A stretch of DNA of 64,000 nucleotides from Candidatus Harrisonbacteria bacterium (lineage in GTDB: Bacteria; Patescibacteriota; Minisyncoccia; UBA6257; UBA11618). This document shows, in pieces, positions 35,352-45,204 of this stretch. Within the stretch, counting starts at the first letter, position 1, and each line of letters opens with the position of its first letter. The notes beneath the pieces were generated by a model. That model worked only from the letters and a program-made list of their open reading frames with translations, had not been told where the DNA came from and made no database searches. A program made the translations under genes and the position numbers. The stretch covers positions 8,017-72,016 of the forward strand of contig JAHFLO010000002.1 in assembly GCA_023244855.1 (NCBI GenBank). Reading direction: 5' to 3'.

Positions 35352-35506
35352 GCGAGGTTCCTTTGCGTGTGGGGTAGGTGTAGGAGGTAACCCTCCGTAT
35401 TCAGGTGGAAACGAACGCCGTTATTATACGGAACATTTCAATTTTAGTAAAGGGCTTTCGCCGTTGAAAAGTATGGGGTTTTAGTCGTATCATTCGATGT
35501 ATTCCA

Positions 35507-38317
35507 ATGCTTAACGCAAAAGAAAAATTAAACCTGCCGGCCGTCGAAGAAAAAGTCCTCGTGTTTTGGAAACAGAAGGATATTTTCAAGAAAAGCCTGA
35601 AGGCGCGCGAGGGTGGCGCCGAATTTGTTTTTTATGAAGGGCCGCCGACGGCCAATGCCCGCCCCGGCACACACCATATGATCGGCCGTGCGTTTAAGGA
35701 TGTTATCCCGCGGTACAAGGCTATGTGTGGGTACCACGTGCCGCGCCGTGCGGGCTGGGATACGCACGGACTTCCGGTAGAGATCGAGGTGGAAAAAGAG
35801 CTCGGCATAAAATCCAAGCCAGAGATCGAAACGTACGGCATCGCGGCATTCAACGCTAAGGCAAAGGCGAGTGTATGGAAGTATAAAGAAGAATGGGAGC
35901 GCCTTACGGAGCGTGTGGGCTTTTGGCTTGATATGGAAAAGCCCTACATAACGTACGACAACGCGTACGTGGAAAAGCTATGGGGTGTATTAAAGAAAGT
36001 TAACGAACGGGGATTGTTATATAAGGGCCATAAGGTGGTGCCGTGGTGCACGCGGTGCGGCACCGCGCTTTCTTCGCATGAGTTAGCGCAGGGGTATAAG
36101 GAAGTTACGGATACGTCGGCGTATGTGAGCTTTGAGCTTATGGACGGCACGCATAAGGGCAGTCATGTGGTTGCGTGGACTACAACTCCATGGACCCTTT
36201 TAGGGAATGTCGCTTTGGCGGTTAATTCTACACATACGTTTGTTACGGTGCCGGATGCCGGTAAGGTTTTTATAGTAGAAAAAAACGCAGCATTGCGTAT
36301 GAAGTTGCCTATCGATAAGGAATTTCCGGCGAGCGAGCTTTTGGGCGCAACGTATGCGTCGCTCTTCGAGGTACCGGTTCTCAAGTCCGAAAAGTCGCAC
36401 AAGGTTTACGCGGCGGATTTCGTGACGAACGAAAGCGGTACGGGCATTGTCCACACGGCCGTCATGTACGGCGAGGACGACTACGCTTTGGGTGCGGCGC
36501 TCGGCCTGCCTATGGCGCATACGGTAGACGAAGCGGGTAATTTTACGGTTGCCGTACCCGCGGACTTTAAGGGTCTGCGCGCTAAGAACGCGACGACGGA
36601 GGAAAAGATAATTGCGCATATCAAGGACGCCGGCCGATTGCTGATGACCGAGCCGTATAAGCACGACTACCCGTTCTGCTGGCGGTGCGGCACGGCAGTG
36701 CTCTACTACGCAACGGACGCGTGGTTCATCGCCATGTCGAAATTACGCAATGAATTGCACGCGGCTAATGCCACGGTCAATTGGACGCCATCACACATTA
36801 AAGACGGCCGCTTTGGCGAGTGGGTGGATAACGTAAAGGACTGGGCGCTATCGCGCGCGCGGTACTGGGGGACGCCGTTACCGGTATGGGAATGCACTCC
36901 GTGCGGCACGTATAAAGTAATCGGCTCGCTTGCGGATCTGCCCGAGCAGCCGAAGGATGCAGCGGGTACTATAGACGTGCACCGCCCGTTTATCGACGTA
37001 ATAACAATCCCATGCGAAAAATGCGGTGGGAAAATGGCGCGCGTGAAGGATGTGCTTGATGTATGGTTCGATTCCGGCGCGATGCCGTTTGCTTCTGAAG
37101 AATTCCCCAAGCGCTATCCGGCGGATTATATTTGCGAAGCTATAGATCAGACGCGCGGATGGTTTTATACCCTGATGGCCGTCGGCGTGCTTATGGAACA
37201 GGGAAGTCCGTATAAGAACGTCACGTGCTACTCGCACCTTTTGGATAAACTCGGCAAGAAAATGTCTAAGTCCAAAGGGAATGGTGTGGACCCATGGGAG
37301 CTTTTGAATGCGCATGGGGCGGATGCCGTGCGGTGGCACTTCTATTCGAGCGCTATCGTGAAGGAGGCGCAGAAGTTCGACGAACGTGACTTCGGTAAAG
37401 GCTCCCGCGCGTTTATTTCGCTTATTTATAATTCGTTCGTCTTCCTAGAGACGTACGGCAAGGATGCGCCTACTTTCTCTTTTTTGGATAATCCGGCAAA
37501 CGTTCTCGATAGGTGGATCATAAGCCGCTTGCATGAAACGGCAGGGGATGTTGCCGCTCGCCTTGATGCGTACGAAGTGGCGGAAGCGACGCAGGTACTT
37601 GAATCGTTTGCGGATGACTTATCTCGTTGGTACTTGCGCCGGTCGCGCAAGCGTGCGGAGGCATTGCCGGTATTACGCTACGTGCTTTTGGAAACGAGTA
37701 AGCTTGTCGCTCCCTTTATGCCATTCTTCGCCGAGGCGTTATATCAGTCGCTTAAGGGCGAAAAAGAATCCGTGCATATGGAGGACTGGTTCGCACCGCA
37801 GGGGGCTGTTATTGGCAATGAATTAAACGAGGGTATGGCCGAGGTGCGGCGCGTGGCGAGCTTGGCGCTTGCGAGCCGCGCCGAAGAAAAGCTAAAGGTG
37901 CGCCAGCCTTTGGCATCGCTTACGGTTAAATCATTAGTGTTGCAGGGTAAGTCTGAATTATGCACAATCCTTGCGGATGAAGTGAACGTGAAAGAAATCT
38001 GTTTTGATGAAAAGCTGGAAAAAGAAATCGCGCTCGATATAGTAATCACGCCCGAGCTCGAACGCGAAGGAATCTACCGCGACTTGGTGCGTATGGCGCA
38101 GGGCCTGCGGCAAGCTGCCGGCTGCAGTCCGCATGATGCGGTGACGCTATACGTCGAGGTGGGGGATAAAGCGCGCACTACGCTCGAAGCCATGCGCGTA
38201 GAATTCCTAAAAGACGTGAATGCAAAAGATATTGTATTCGCCCGCACGGAAAAGTTCTCAGCCGAATCAAACGAAGAGATTGCTGGCGCATCCGCATGGA
38301 TGGGGTTGGTTATTTGA
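35507..38317 (+). CDS. ileS: isoleucine--tRNA ligase
   Basis: HIGH-region PTANARPGTHHMIGR, KMSKS motif, editing domain, zinc-binding Cys pairs near the C-terminus. Confidence 0.95.
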   Translation: MLNAKEKLNLPAVEEKVLVFWKQKDIFKKSLKAREGGAEFVFYEGPPTANARPGTHHMIGRAFKDVIPRYKAMCGYHVPRRAGWDTHGLPVEIEVEKELGIKSKPEIETYGIAAFNAKAKASVWKYKEEWERLTERVGFWLDMEKPYITYDNAYVEKLWGVLKKVNERGLLYKGHKVVPWCTRCGTALSSHELAQGYKEVTDTSAYVSFELMDGTHKGSHVVAWTTTPWTLLGNVALAVNSTHTFVTVPDAGKVFIVEKNAALRMKLPIDKEFPASELLGATYASLFEVPVLKSEKSHKVYAADFVTNESGTGIVHTAVMYGEDDYALGAALGLPMAHTVDEAGNFTVAVPADFKGLRAKNATTEEKIIAHIKDAGRLLMTEPYKHDYPFCWRCGTAVLYYATDAWFIAMSKLRNELHAANATVNWTPSHIKDGRFGEWVDNVKDWALSRARYWGTPLPVWECTPCGTYKVIGSLADLPEQPKDAAGTIDVHRPFIDVITIPCEKCGGKMARVKDVLDVWFDSGAMPFASEEFPKRYPADYICEAIDQTRGWFYTLMAVGVLMEQGSPYKNVTCYSHLLDKLGKKMSKSKGNGVDPWELLNAHGADAVRWHFYSSAIVKEAQKFDERDFGKGSRAFISLIYNSFVFLETYGKDAPTFSFLDNPANVLDRWIISRLHETAGDVAARLDAYEVAEATQVLESFADDLSRWYLRRSRKRAEALPVLRYVLLETSKLVAPFMPFFAEALYQSLKGEKESVHMEDWFAPQGAVIGNELNEGMAEVRRVASLALASRAEEKLKVRQPLASLTVKSLVLQGKSELCTILADEVNVKEICFDEKLEKEIALDIVITPELEREGIYRDLVRMAQGLRQAAGCSPHDAVTLYVEVGDKARTTLEAMRVEFLKDVNAKDIVFARTEKFSAESNEEIAGASAWMGLVI

Positions 38318-38349
38318 TTCTCCCAATTCCAGATTAATATTCCAGATCG

Positions 38350-38389
38350 ATTTACTATGAATATGCCGGTCGGCGTATTCATAGTAAAT
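38350..38389. repeat. palindromic element copy 2 (19-bp arms, one G.T position)
   Basis: atttactatgaatatgccg-gt-cggcgtattcatagtaaat. Differs from copy 1 (25438-25479) at two arm positions with matching complementary changes in the other arm. Confidence 0.6.
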
Positions 38390-38426
38390 GAGGTAATTAG
38401 AGTTAGTGGCTTGGGAGATGTAGTCT

Positions 38427-38457
38427 GCGGCCTAAAGAAGGCCGATTTTCTTTTTGA
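38427..38457 (+). terminator. rho-independent terminator after ileS (overlaps trpS stop codon)
   Basis: ggcc-taaagaa-ggcc hairpin followed by gattttctttttgattt. Confidence 0.45.
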
Positions 38458-39412
38458 TTTCTACGAGCTTGGCGTTTGCCACGAGGTTTGCGGCTTTAGC
38501 GCCGCGGGTAGCGACTTTCCATAACGCTTCGGGCTTAGCGAGTAGCTTCGCTTTCTTTTTGCGGAACGGAGTGAATTTCTTTATGGCGACTTTCGCAATG
38601 GCTTTTTTAAATACGGAATATTTTGCGTCTTTATATTCGGCTACGAGGTCGTCTACGGAACGGTCCGTGACGTTAGCGAATATTGTAAGGAGGTTCGCGA
38701 TACCCGCTTTATTTTCCGGGTCGTACGTAATGCCGCTACCGCTATCCGTCACTGCCGCCATTAACTTTGCCGTAACGTCTTCGGGTGTGTCGTCGAGGAA
38801 GAGGCATCCCGCGGGCTCGGACTTAGACATTTTGCGCAGGGGGTCCGTAAGGCTCATTACGCGCGGCGTAGGCGTAAGGAGCGGCTGGGGTTCCACGAGC
38901 GTTTCGCCGAAGCGATTGTTAAATTTGCGCACGAGCGTGCGCGTGAGCTCTAAGTGTTGTAACTGGTCGTCGCCTACGGGTACGGCAACCGCATCGTAGA
39001 GTACGATATCTGCCGCCATGAGTACGGGGTAGGTGAAGAGCGCGACGTTCGATTCTTCTTGCCGCGCAGATTTATCTTTAAACTGCGTCATACGTGAAAG
39101 CTCGCCGAAGGGGGTAATAGTCGATAATATCCACGCGAGCTCAGAGTGCGCCGGCACGTGCGACTGCACAAAGAGCGTCGAGCGCTTAGGGTCTATGCCC
39201 GCGGCGATGAAGCTCGCGAGAGTATCCAAAACTTGTGCGTGCTTTTGCGAAGCGTCGTACGGCTCGGTAATGGAGTGGAGGTCGACAGCCATGAAAAAGC
39301 ACCGGTGCGCGCCGGCATCTTGCAAGGTGACGTGATTTTTAAGAGCGCCTAAGTAGTTGCCGATATGGAGTCGGCCGGAGGGTTGGATGCCCGAGACGAG
39401 GTTTTGTTGCAT
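38432..39412 (-). CDS. trpS: tryptophan--tRNA ligase
   Basis: N-terminal SGIQPSGRLHIGNYLGA (HIGH-type) and KMSKSE motif. Confidence 0.9.
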   Translation of the reverse strand: MQQNLVSGIQPSGRLHIGNYLGALKNHVTLQDAGAHRCFFMAVDLHSITEPYDASQKHAQVLDTLASFIAAGIDPKRSTLFVQSHVPAHSELAWILSTITPFGELSRMTQFKDKSARQEESNVALFTYPVLMAADIVLYDAVAVPVGDDQLQHLELTRTLVRKFNNRFGETLVEPQPLLTPTPRVMSLTDPLRKMSKSEPAGCLFLDDTPEDVTAKLMAAVTDSGSGITYDPENKAGIANLLTIFANVTDRSVDDLVAEYKDAKYSVFKKAIAKVAIKKFTPFRKKKAKLLAKPEALWKVATRGAKAANLVANAKLVEIKKKIGLL

Positions 39413-39439
39413 GGGGTTATGCTAGCGCGTTTTACCTTC

Positions 39440-39472
39440 AAAATAAAATACGGCCCGTAGGCCGTATTTTAG
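39440..39472 (-). terminator. rho-independent terminator of rnj (hairpin aatacggcc-cgta-ggccgtatt)
   Basis: 9-bp stem flanked by A-rich (plus) / T-rich runs, immediately downstream of the rnj stop on the minus strand. Confidence 0.5.
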
Positions 39473-39478
39473 TTTTAA

Positions 39479-41146
39479 CTAGACTTCGATAACTACTGGT
39501 AGGATCATCGGCCGGCGCTTAGTGCGCTGGTAGAGGAAGGCGCCGATCTGGTCGCGGATTAACGACTTCGCGAATTCGGGGTCGAGCGTCTGCGTTTCGG
39601 GCATCTTCTCGATAATGTTTTTCACTTTGCGGCGCACTTCTTCCACGAGCTCTTGGTTGTCTTTCAAGTAGATGAAGCCGCGGGAGATGATGTCGGGTTT
39701 CTTTAAAAGCTTGCCGGTCTTCCTGTCCAAAGTGACGATCATGACCATCATGCCTTCGTCGGAGAGGATTAAGCGGTCGCGCAAAACGATTTCGCCCACG
39801 TCGCCCACACCCAAGCCGTCTACCATTACCATGAACGATTCTACTTGTTCCTTGGTGATCTTCGCGGTTTCTTTTGTGAATTCCGCCACCATGCCGTTGT
39901 CCATCATAAGCGTGTTCTCTTTCGGGATGCCGGCTTCGATGGCATTTTCGCGGTTCGCTGCGCGCTTGAAGTACTTACCGTGCACAGGGATGAAGAACGT
40001 CGGGCGCATCGCGCGCATCATGAGCTTCATGTCCTCGCGCGGGCCGTGACCGGAGGCGTGGATGTCTATGTGGCTCGACTGGAAGACGGTCGCGCCTTGG
40101 CGCGAGAGGTTGTCTTTCAAAATTTCAACCGCACCTTCGTTGCCAGGGACGATGGAGGACGAAAGCACGAAGCTATCTCCCTCTTTCGCCGTAATAAAGC
40201 GGTGCTGGCCGTTAGCAATTTTCATAAGCTGGGCGTTCGCTTCGCCCTGCGCGCCGGTGCAGACAATGAGTACCTTTTCGTCCTTGTACTTATGCAGGTC
40301 CTCGATGGGGAGTACGGCGTCCTTTTCGAATTTCAGGTAGCCTAAGTTTTGCGCGATCTGCAGGTTGGCCTTCATGCTGAAGCCGGCGACAAATACCTTG
40401 CGGTTTATCCTGCCGGCGATCTTCACGATTTCGCCCAAGCGGGTGATCATCGAGGCGAACGTGGCGACGATGATGCGGCCCTTCGCCTTAGCGAACAGGT
40501 CTTCGAGGTTTTTCACGACGACGCGTTCGGCGACGGACTGGCCGTCCCTGTCCGCGTTCGTGCTTTCCATAATAAGGGTGTGTATACCCATGTCGCCGAT
40601 TTTCTTAAAGGATTCGATGTCTGTCGGCTTACCGTCGTCATCGTAGTCGAGGCGGAAGTCCGTAACGTGCACGATGTTGCCGATGGCGGTTTTAAGTACC
40701 ACACCCATGGTGTCGGGGATGGTGTGGTCAAGGTCAAAGAATTCGGCGGTAATGTCGGCCGAAAGCTTTGCCGTGTCGCCGTGCTTAATCGTAACGATGT
40801 TGAGCTTCGGCTGGTTAGGGAAGTCGTCTTGGCGCTTTAAGATAATCTCGCGGGCGATTGCGGAGGTATAGATTGTGGGGTTACCGAGCTTAGCCATCAC
40901 GTAGGGGATGGCGCCGATGTGGTCGTAGTGACCGTGCGTGATTATAAGCGCGCGGATTTTATCTTTCTTCTCTTCGAGATATTTGACGTTCGGGATGATG
41001 TAGTCGATCCCTGGCGTTGAGTCTTCGGGGAACTGCAGTCCCATGTCGATAACGACAATCGAATCCTCGTTTTCTATGAACATGCAGTTGCGGCCGATTT
41101 CTTCTAAGCCGCCTAACGGTACGTATTTTATAACTGGTTCTGCCAT
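39479..41146 (-). CDS. rnj: ribonuclease J
   Basis: MBL motif ITHGHYDHIGAIPY, beta-CASP and C-terminal domain, 555 aa. Confidence 0.9.
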   Translation of the reverse strand: MAEPVIKYVPLGGLEEIGRNCMFIENEDSIVVIDMGLQFPEDSTPGIDYIIPNVKYLEEKKDKIRALIITHGHYDHIGAIPYVMAKLGNPTIYTSAIAREIILKRQDDFPNQPKLNIVTIKHGDTAKLSADITAEFFDLDHTIPDTMGVVLKTAIGNIVHVTDFRLDYDDDGKPTDIESFKKIGDMGIHTLIMESTNADRDGQSVAERVVVKNLEDLFAKAKGRIIVATFASMITRLGEIVKIAGRINRKVFVAGFSMKANLQIAQNLGYLKFEKDAVLPIEDLHKYKDEKVLIVCTGAQGEANAQLMKIANGQHRFITAKEGDSFVLSSSIVPGNEGAVEILKDNLSRQGATVFQSSHIDIHASGHGPREDMKLMMRAMRPTFFIPVHGKYFKRAANRENAIEAGIPKENTLMMDNGMVAEFTKETAKITKEQVESFMVMVDGLGVGDVGEIVLRDRLILSDEGMMVMIVTLDRKTGKLLKKPDIISRGFIYLKDNQELVEEVRRKVKNIIEKMPETQTLDPEFAKSLIRDQIGAFLYQRTKRRPMILPVVIEV

Positions 41147-41184
41147 ATTTTTTTCGTTTATTTTATTATTTCTTAATTTCTATG

Positions 41185-41267
41185 TGTCGAGAGAGGGACT
41201 CGAACCCTCATGACCTTGCGGTCGCTGGCTCCTGAAGCCAGTGCGTCTGCCATTCCGCCACCTCGAC
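41185..41267 (-). tRNA. tRNA-Leu (anticodon CAG), class II with long variable arm
   Basis: Reverse complement GTCGAGGTGGCGGAATGGCAGACGCACTGGCTTCAGGAGCCAGCGACCGCAAGGTCATGAGGGTTCGAGTCCCTCTCTCGACA. Acceptor 7 bp, anticodon loop TTCAGGA, variable-arm stem GACC/GGTC, T arm GAGGG-TTCGAGT-CCCTC. Confidence 0.85.
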
Positions 41268-41367
41268 GTTGATTTCTTATATAGTATGCGATTTGGCTAC
41301 AGGAGGACACTTAGTCCTACTATAATAGCATTAATACACTCCGTAATGCAAATCTATGATAATGGGA

Positions 41368-43026
41368 TTATTCTTTAAATTGTCTTTTTGTCCGTACGTA
41401 CCATGCGCCCGCATCCTTTAGTCGGTCACTCGGAGCGATAAGGCCTTCGGTATTGAATCCATGTAGGTTTGCGGGAATTGCATATAGGTAGTTGGGGTTT
41501 ATAAGGAATGCCGCCGGCGCGTCGTCATGGATAAGTCGTTGTAGTTTTTTAAGCTCCGCTATATCGGGTTTTTCCGCTTTTTGGATGTCCGTAAGGATTA
41601 CGTCGGCTTCTTTGTTTTCGTACATAGAAAGGTTAAGTCCTGGGTGGAATTTTTGGGACGAGTGCCAGAAGGCGAATACGTCGGGATTTTCCTTAAGGAC
41701 GTTTCCGAATACCGCCATTTCGTAATTCCGCGTCTTGATCGGGCCTTTCTGCATATCTTCGCTGGTCATGGGGGAAATTGTTACGCGCACGCCGATCGCG
41801 GCCCATTCGGCTTTCACTATTTCCATTGTCTGTATAAGGAGCGGCAGGTCGGGGACAAGTACGGTGAATTCGAGTCTCGTCCGGTCTCGGCCGACGGTTT
41901 TATAGCGCACCCCGTCTTCGGGGTTCACGAGCCAGCCCGCGGCATCGAGTAATTGCCGTGCGGATTCTACGGGATTTTCCGCTGTTTGGAATGCTGTTGC
42001 GTCGTATCCTTCTGTTTGTGCGGGGATCGGCCCCATTGCCGTGCTCGCTTCGCCATGGAATACGTCGTCCGTTATTTTTTTCCGGTCAATAACGAGCGCA
42101 AGCGCTTGGCGCACGCCCTTATCCTTCAGTGCTGGATGAGTGGCGCGGTTGAAGAATATGGCGTAGTAGCGAGGGAGGGAAATGGACGCGAGATGGTGTT
42201 CTACAGCAAGAGATCTGGCTTCGTCTGGTCCGATTCCTCCCAGTCCGTCGATTTCTTTTGCATTGAAGCCAGCAAGCGCGCTTTCTTCGTTCTGATAAAA
42301 ACGTAATGAAAAATTCCTTATGAACGGATGTGGTCCCGCGTAGTTGGGATTCGGAACAAGATTCAGTTCCGTTATATATCCGTTCTTTTCCGTTTCGAGT
42401 CCGGCAAATTTCCATGGCCCCGCACCGACGGGCTCCAGGTTGTACGCGGAGAGCCGTAGGTTTGAAGACGGTATGGCGCCAAATATGTGGCGCGGGGCAA
42501 TCTTTAATGCTCGTACTGTGCTCTCAAAAAATGCGGACGGTTCCCGTAGGGTGAAGCGCAGTTCGTCGTCGTTTGTCTTTTCCACTAACACTCCTTGCCA
42601 TGCGCCTGCCGTAAGCGAGCGCACGAGGATGTCTTGTGCCGTTTCTATGGTAAATACCACGTCGTCAGCAGTAAGGGGTGTGCCGTCGTCCCAGGCAAGA
42701 TTTTTTTTGATTTTTACGGAAACGGTTTTTCGGTCGGGCCCTGCTTCATATGTTTGGATGAGATTCCCGAGCCGTGGGTAGAGAAGTTCTATCGCGCTCG
42801 CGTCCGCATCGTTGCCGCTTGAGAGTAGGGGATTTATGAATGCCGGTTGGCCGACGATACCCTCCGTAAAGGATCCTCCCTCTGCCGGCACTTCCACGGT
42901 CGCGGCGTAATACGCGTTCACGAGAACAAAAAAACCGGCAACGAGAGACGTTATAAGGGCTATGCGGAAAAAAAACCGTTCCTTTTGCGTAAGTGCGGAA
43001 AGGGACTTAGAGAGCAGGTATAACAA
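41368..43026 (-). CDS. ABC transporter substrate-binding protein, family 5 (oligopeptide/dipeptide-type)
   Basis: N-terminal anchor/signal segment, then the SBP_bac_5-like fold (…YQNEESALAGF…, 552 aa). Assignment by overall pattern. Confidence 0.65.
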   Translation of the reverse strand: MLYLLSKSLSALTQKERFFFRIALITSLVAGFFVLVNAYYAATVEVPAEGGSFTEGIVGQPAFINPLLSSGNDADASAIELLYPRLGNLIQTYEAGPDRKTVSVKIKKNLAWDDGTPLTADDVVFTIETAQDILVRSLTAGAWQGVLVEKTNDDELRFTLREPSAFFESTVRALKIAPRHIFGAIPSSNLRLSAYNLEPVGAGPWKFAGLETEKNGYITELNLVPNPNYAGPHPFIRNFSLRFYQNEESALAGFNAKEIDGLGGIGPDEARSLAVEHHLASISLPRYYAIFFNRATHPALKDKGVRQALALVIDRKKITDDVFHGEASTAMGPIPAQTEGYDATAFQTAENPVESARQLLDAAGWLVNPEDGVRYKTVGRDRTRLEFTVLVPDLPLLIQTMEIVKAEWAAIGVRVTISPMTSEDMQKGPIKTRNYEMAVFGNVLKENPDVFAFWHSSQKFHPGLNLSMYENKEADVILTDIQKAEKPDIAELKKLQRLIHDDAPAAFLINPNYLYAIPANLHGFNTEGLIAPSDRLKDAGAWYVRTKRQFKE

Positions 43027-43237
43027 GGTTTAATACTGCGAGGCAGACAAAAAGTACTCCGCAAAAAATCGTTGCCCCGAACATGAATTTTTCGAGGCCC
43101 CTGCGGGTATGGTAGCTGCCGCTACCTGAGGCGCCCCCGCCGAATGCTCCGGGGGTGTCCGAAGACTGCTCTTGGAGCGCGATAAGGATTATGAGTAGTA
43201 TCGAAACGGCAACTGTCGCGATTATAAGGATATTCAT
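43007..43237 (-). CDS. secG: preprotein translocase subunit SecG
   Basis: 76 aa with two TM helices separated by the Gly-rich loop FGGGASGSGS, typical SecG. Confidence 0.6.
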   Translation of the reverse strand: MNILIIATVAVSILLIILIALQEQSSDTPGAFGGGASGSGSYHTRRGLEKFMFGATIFCGVLFVCLAVLNLVIPAL

Positions 43238-43241
43238 AATT

Positions 43242-43616
43242 TTAGAGTTCTCCCGATCCGTATATAACAGCCGAAGAGTAGTCGATGAGGGTTATAACGA
43301 GCCCTACGAGGTGGGCGCCGATAACGAGCGCCCATAATCCGTTAATGGTAAGCGAATTCGAATAAATGTCAAGAAAGTACAGGATTCCCGCGCTGATGAC
43401 TATATTGAAGGCGCCGAGGGTGAGCCCTATAAGGGGACTGAAAAAAAGCCTGAGGAGGGGGCGGACGATGAGGTTTAGGAGTGCGAGATACGTCGCTAAA
43501 GGCACGATATGCTCAACGTCGCTTAGAACGAGGAAATCCTTGTCAAAATAGCCAGCAAGAAGCAGGGCAGAAATATTAGCGGTAACCGAGAGGAGTACTT
43601 TGAATAGGAATTCCAT
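43242..43616 (-). CDS. four-TM membrane protein of the phage-holin-4/DUF360-like family
   Basis: Pattern LLAGYF…IVPLATYLALLNLIVRPLLRLFFSPLIGLTLGAFNIVISAGILYFL resembles DUF360 (Phage_holin_4_2) proteins. Confidence 0.45.
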   Translation of the reverse strand: MEFLFKVLLSVTANISALLLAGYFDKDFLVLSDVEHIVPLATYLALLNLIVRPLLRLFFSPLIGLTLGAFNIVISAGILYFLDIYSNSLTINGLWALVIGAHLVGLVITLIDYSSAVIYGSGEL

Positions 43617-43622
43617 GTATCG

Positions 43623-45131
43623 TTATAATCTACCGATAAGGCTTGATCCGGTCATTTCTTGGGGTTTCGGTAGCCCCATAAGCGCAAGGACGGTGGGGGC
43701 GATGTCCGTTAGGAGGCCTACTGTCCCTTCATATGACGGTACGATGGCGCTCACTGGCTTTTCAAGTTCGGCGGCTACGAGGAGTACGGGGACGGGGTTT
43801 GCATTATGGTCGGTTTCCGGTGCCCCGCTTACGGGGTGGCGCATTCTCTCGGCGTTTCCGTGGTCGCTCGTGACTATCAGTGCGCCGCCGCGTGCGAGGA
43901 CGGCCTTCGTTATATTTCCCAGTTCGCGATCGGCGGCACGTACCGCTTTTTTTACCGCTTCGAAGTTACCCGTGTGCGCCATAACATCCGGCGCCGCGAA
44001 ATTCATCACGACAAAATCCGCACCCTCTTCAATCGCGGCTATTCCGCGATCTGCGATTTCCTTCGTCATCATTTCGGGTCGCTCGTCCTTGCGTGCTACG
44101 TTTTCCGCCGGTACGAGAATGCGGTATTCGTTTTTAGGGGGGGTATCCGTGCGGCCGTTCATGAAGCGCGTTACGTGCGGATACCTGCACGTTTCAGCAA
44201 TACGGAATTGAATTTTCCCGTTTTCAGCGAGCACGTCTCCTAGGGTTTTTTGAGGCCGGTCATCCGTGAAGGCCGCAGGCACGGTCGCGCCGAGTCCATA
44301 ATCGGCAACGGTTGCTACGGATACCTTCTTTGGTACGTCCGGCCCTTCTGTCATAAGGCGGACGAGTGCTTGCAGTGCATTGCCATCGCAGTCGAAGAAT
44401 ATGACCGCGTCGTTTTCTTCTACGCCGCGCGGATCCGGCCCTATCGTTGCCGGTTCCGTAAAAATATCATCCATACCGTGCAGGTAGAAATCATGCAGAT
44501 ATGTTTCCGGGTCGTTGGTTTTGAGACCGATTCCAAGAATCGCGTTTTTCGCCGCCGTGTTTTTTTCTTGGTTCCTATCCGTCGCATAATAGCGCCCTAT
44601 GAGTGACCCCAGCCGCACCGTATCGCTCCACGGGACTGCTTTCATTGCCGTGAGCGCGCTTTGCGGGCCGGCGTTCGCGTCGCCTAAAAGCATATGGACG
44701 CGCACGCGCGGAATACTCATGCGCTCCGTAAGTGTAATCAGTGCACGAAGGCGCTCGGCTGATCCATCCGCTGTCTTTCCCGAAACCGATCCCACGAAAT
44801 GCGCCGTCCCTTTTGCTTTCGCAGTGCCCGTAAGCGCCGTGCGGAGTACGGCGTTATCCAAAAACGACCCGTCGCGTATCGAAAGGGCAACTTTCACGGA
44901 TGTCTGGTATATCGTGCGTCCCGCGCCGATCGTAAGGTGGCCGGATTCTCCCGTGCCCGCGGTTTCCCATGGCAGGCCTACCGCGATACCGTGCGATAAA
45001 AGAGCTCCGCTTGGATAGCGGCGGGCGAGACCCTCAAAATTCGCGGGTGAGGCGGCATGGATTGCGTTCGTAATATCGTTTTGACCGATACCCCAGCCGT
45101 CTAAAATAAGAAGCACTACAGTCCGTTTCAT
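43623..45131 (-). CDS. gpmI: 2,3-bisphosphoglycerate-independent phosphoglycerate mutase
   Basis: MKRTVVLLILDGWG N-terminus and TSDHGN phosphotransferase motif, 502 aa. The 843-aa track ORF's upstream extension is the antisense of rny and is rejected. Confidence 0.9.
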   Translation of the reverse strand: MKRTVVLLILDGWGIGQNDITNAIHAASPANFEGLARRYPSGALLSHGIAVGLPWETAGTGESGHLTIGAGRTIYQTSVKVALSIRDGSFLDNAVLRTALTGTAKAKGTAHFVGSVSGKTADGSAERLRALITLTERMSIPRVRVHMLLGDANAGPQSALTAMKAVPWSDTVRLGSLIGRYYATDRNQEKNTAAKNAILGIGLKTNDPETYLHDFYLHGMDDIFTEPATIGPDPRGVEENDAVIFFDCDGNALQALVRLMTEGPDVPKKVSVATVADYGLGATVPAAFTDDRPQKTLGDVLAENGKIQFRIAETCRYPHVTRFMNGRTDTPPKNEYRILVPAENVARKDERPEMMTKEIADRGIAAIEEGADFVVMNFAAPDVMAHTGNFEAVKKAVRAADRELGNITKAVLARGGALIVTSDHGNAERMRHPVSGAPETDHNANPVPVLLVAAELEKPVSAIVPSYEGTVGLLTDIAPTVLALMGLPKPQEMTGSSLIGRL

Positions 45132-45204
45132 AGTTTGCGGAGGTTTATTCTTATATAGTATAGTCTTCGTGTGCATATAAACATACTTTTTTTCACTATT
45201 ATTC

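Noticed and set aside
38454-40345. Plus-strand ORFs (181, 100, 125, 166 aa) inside trpS and rnj
   Set aside because: Antisense ORFs within well-supported aminoacyl-tRNA synthetase and RNase J genes, with low-complexity Ala/Arg/Ser-rich translations.
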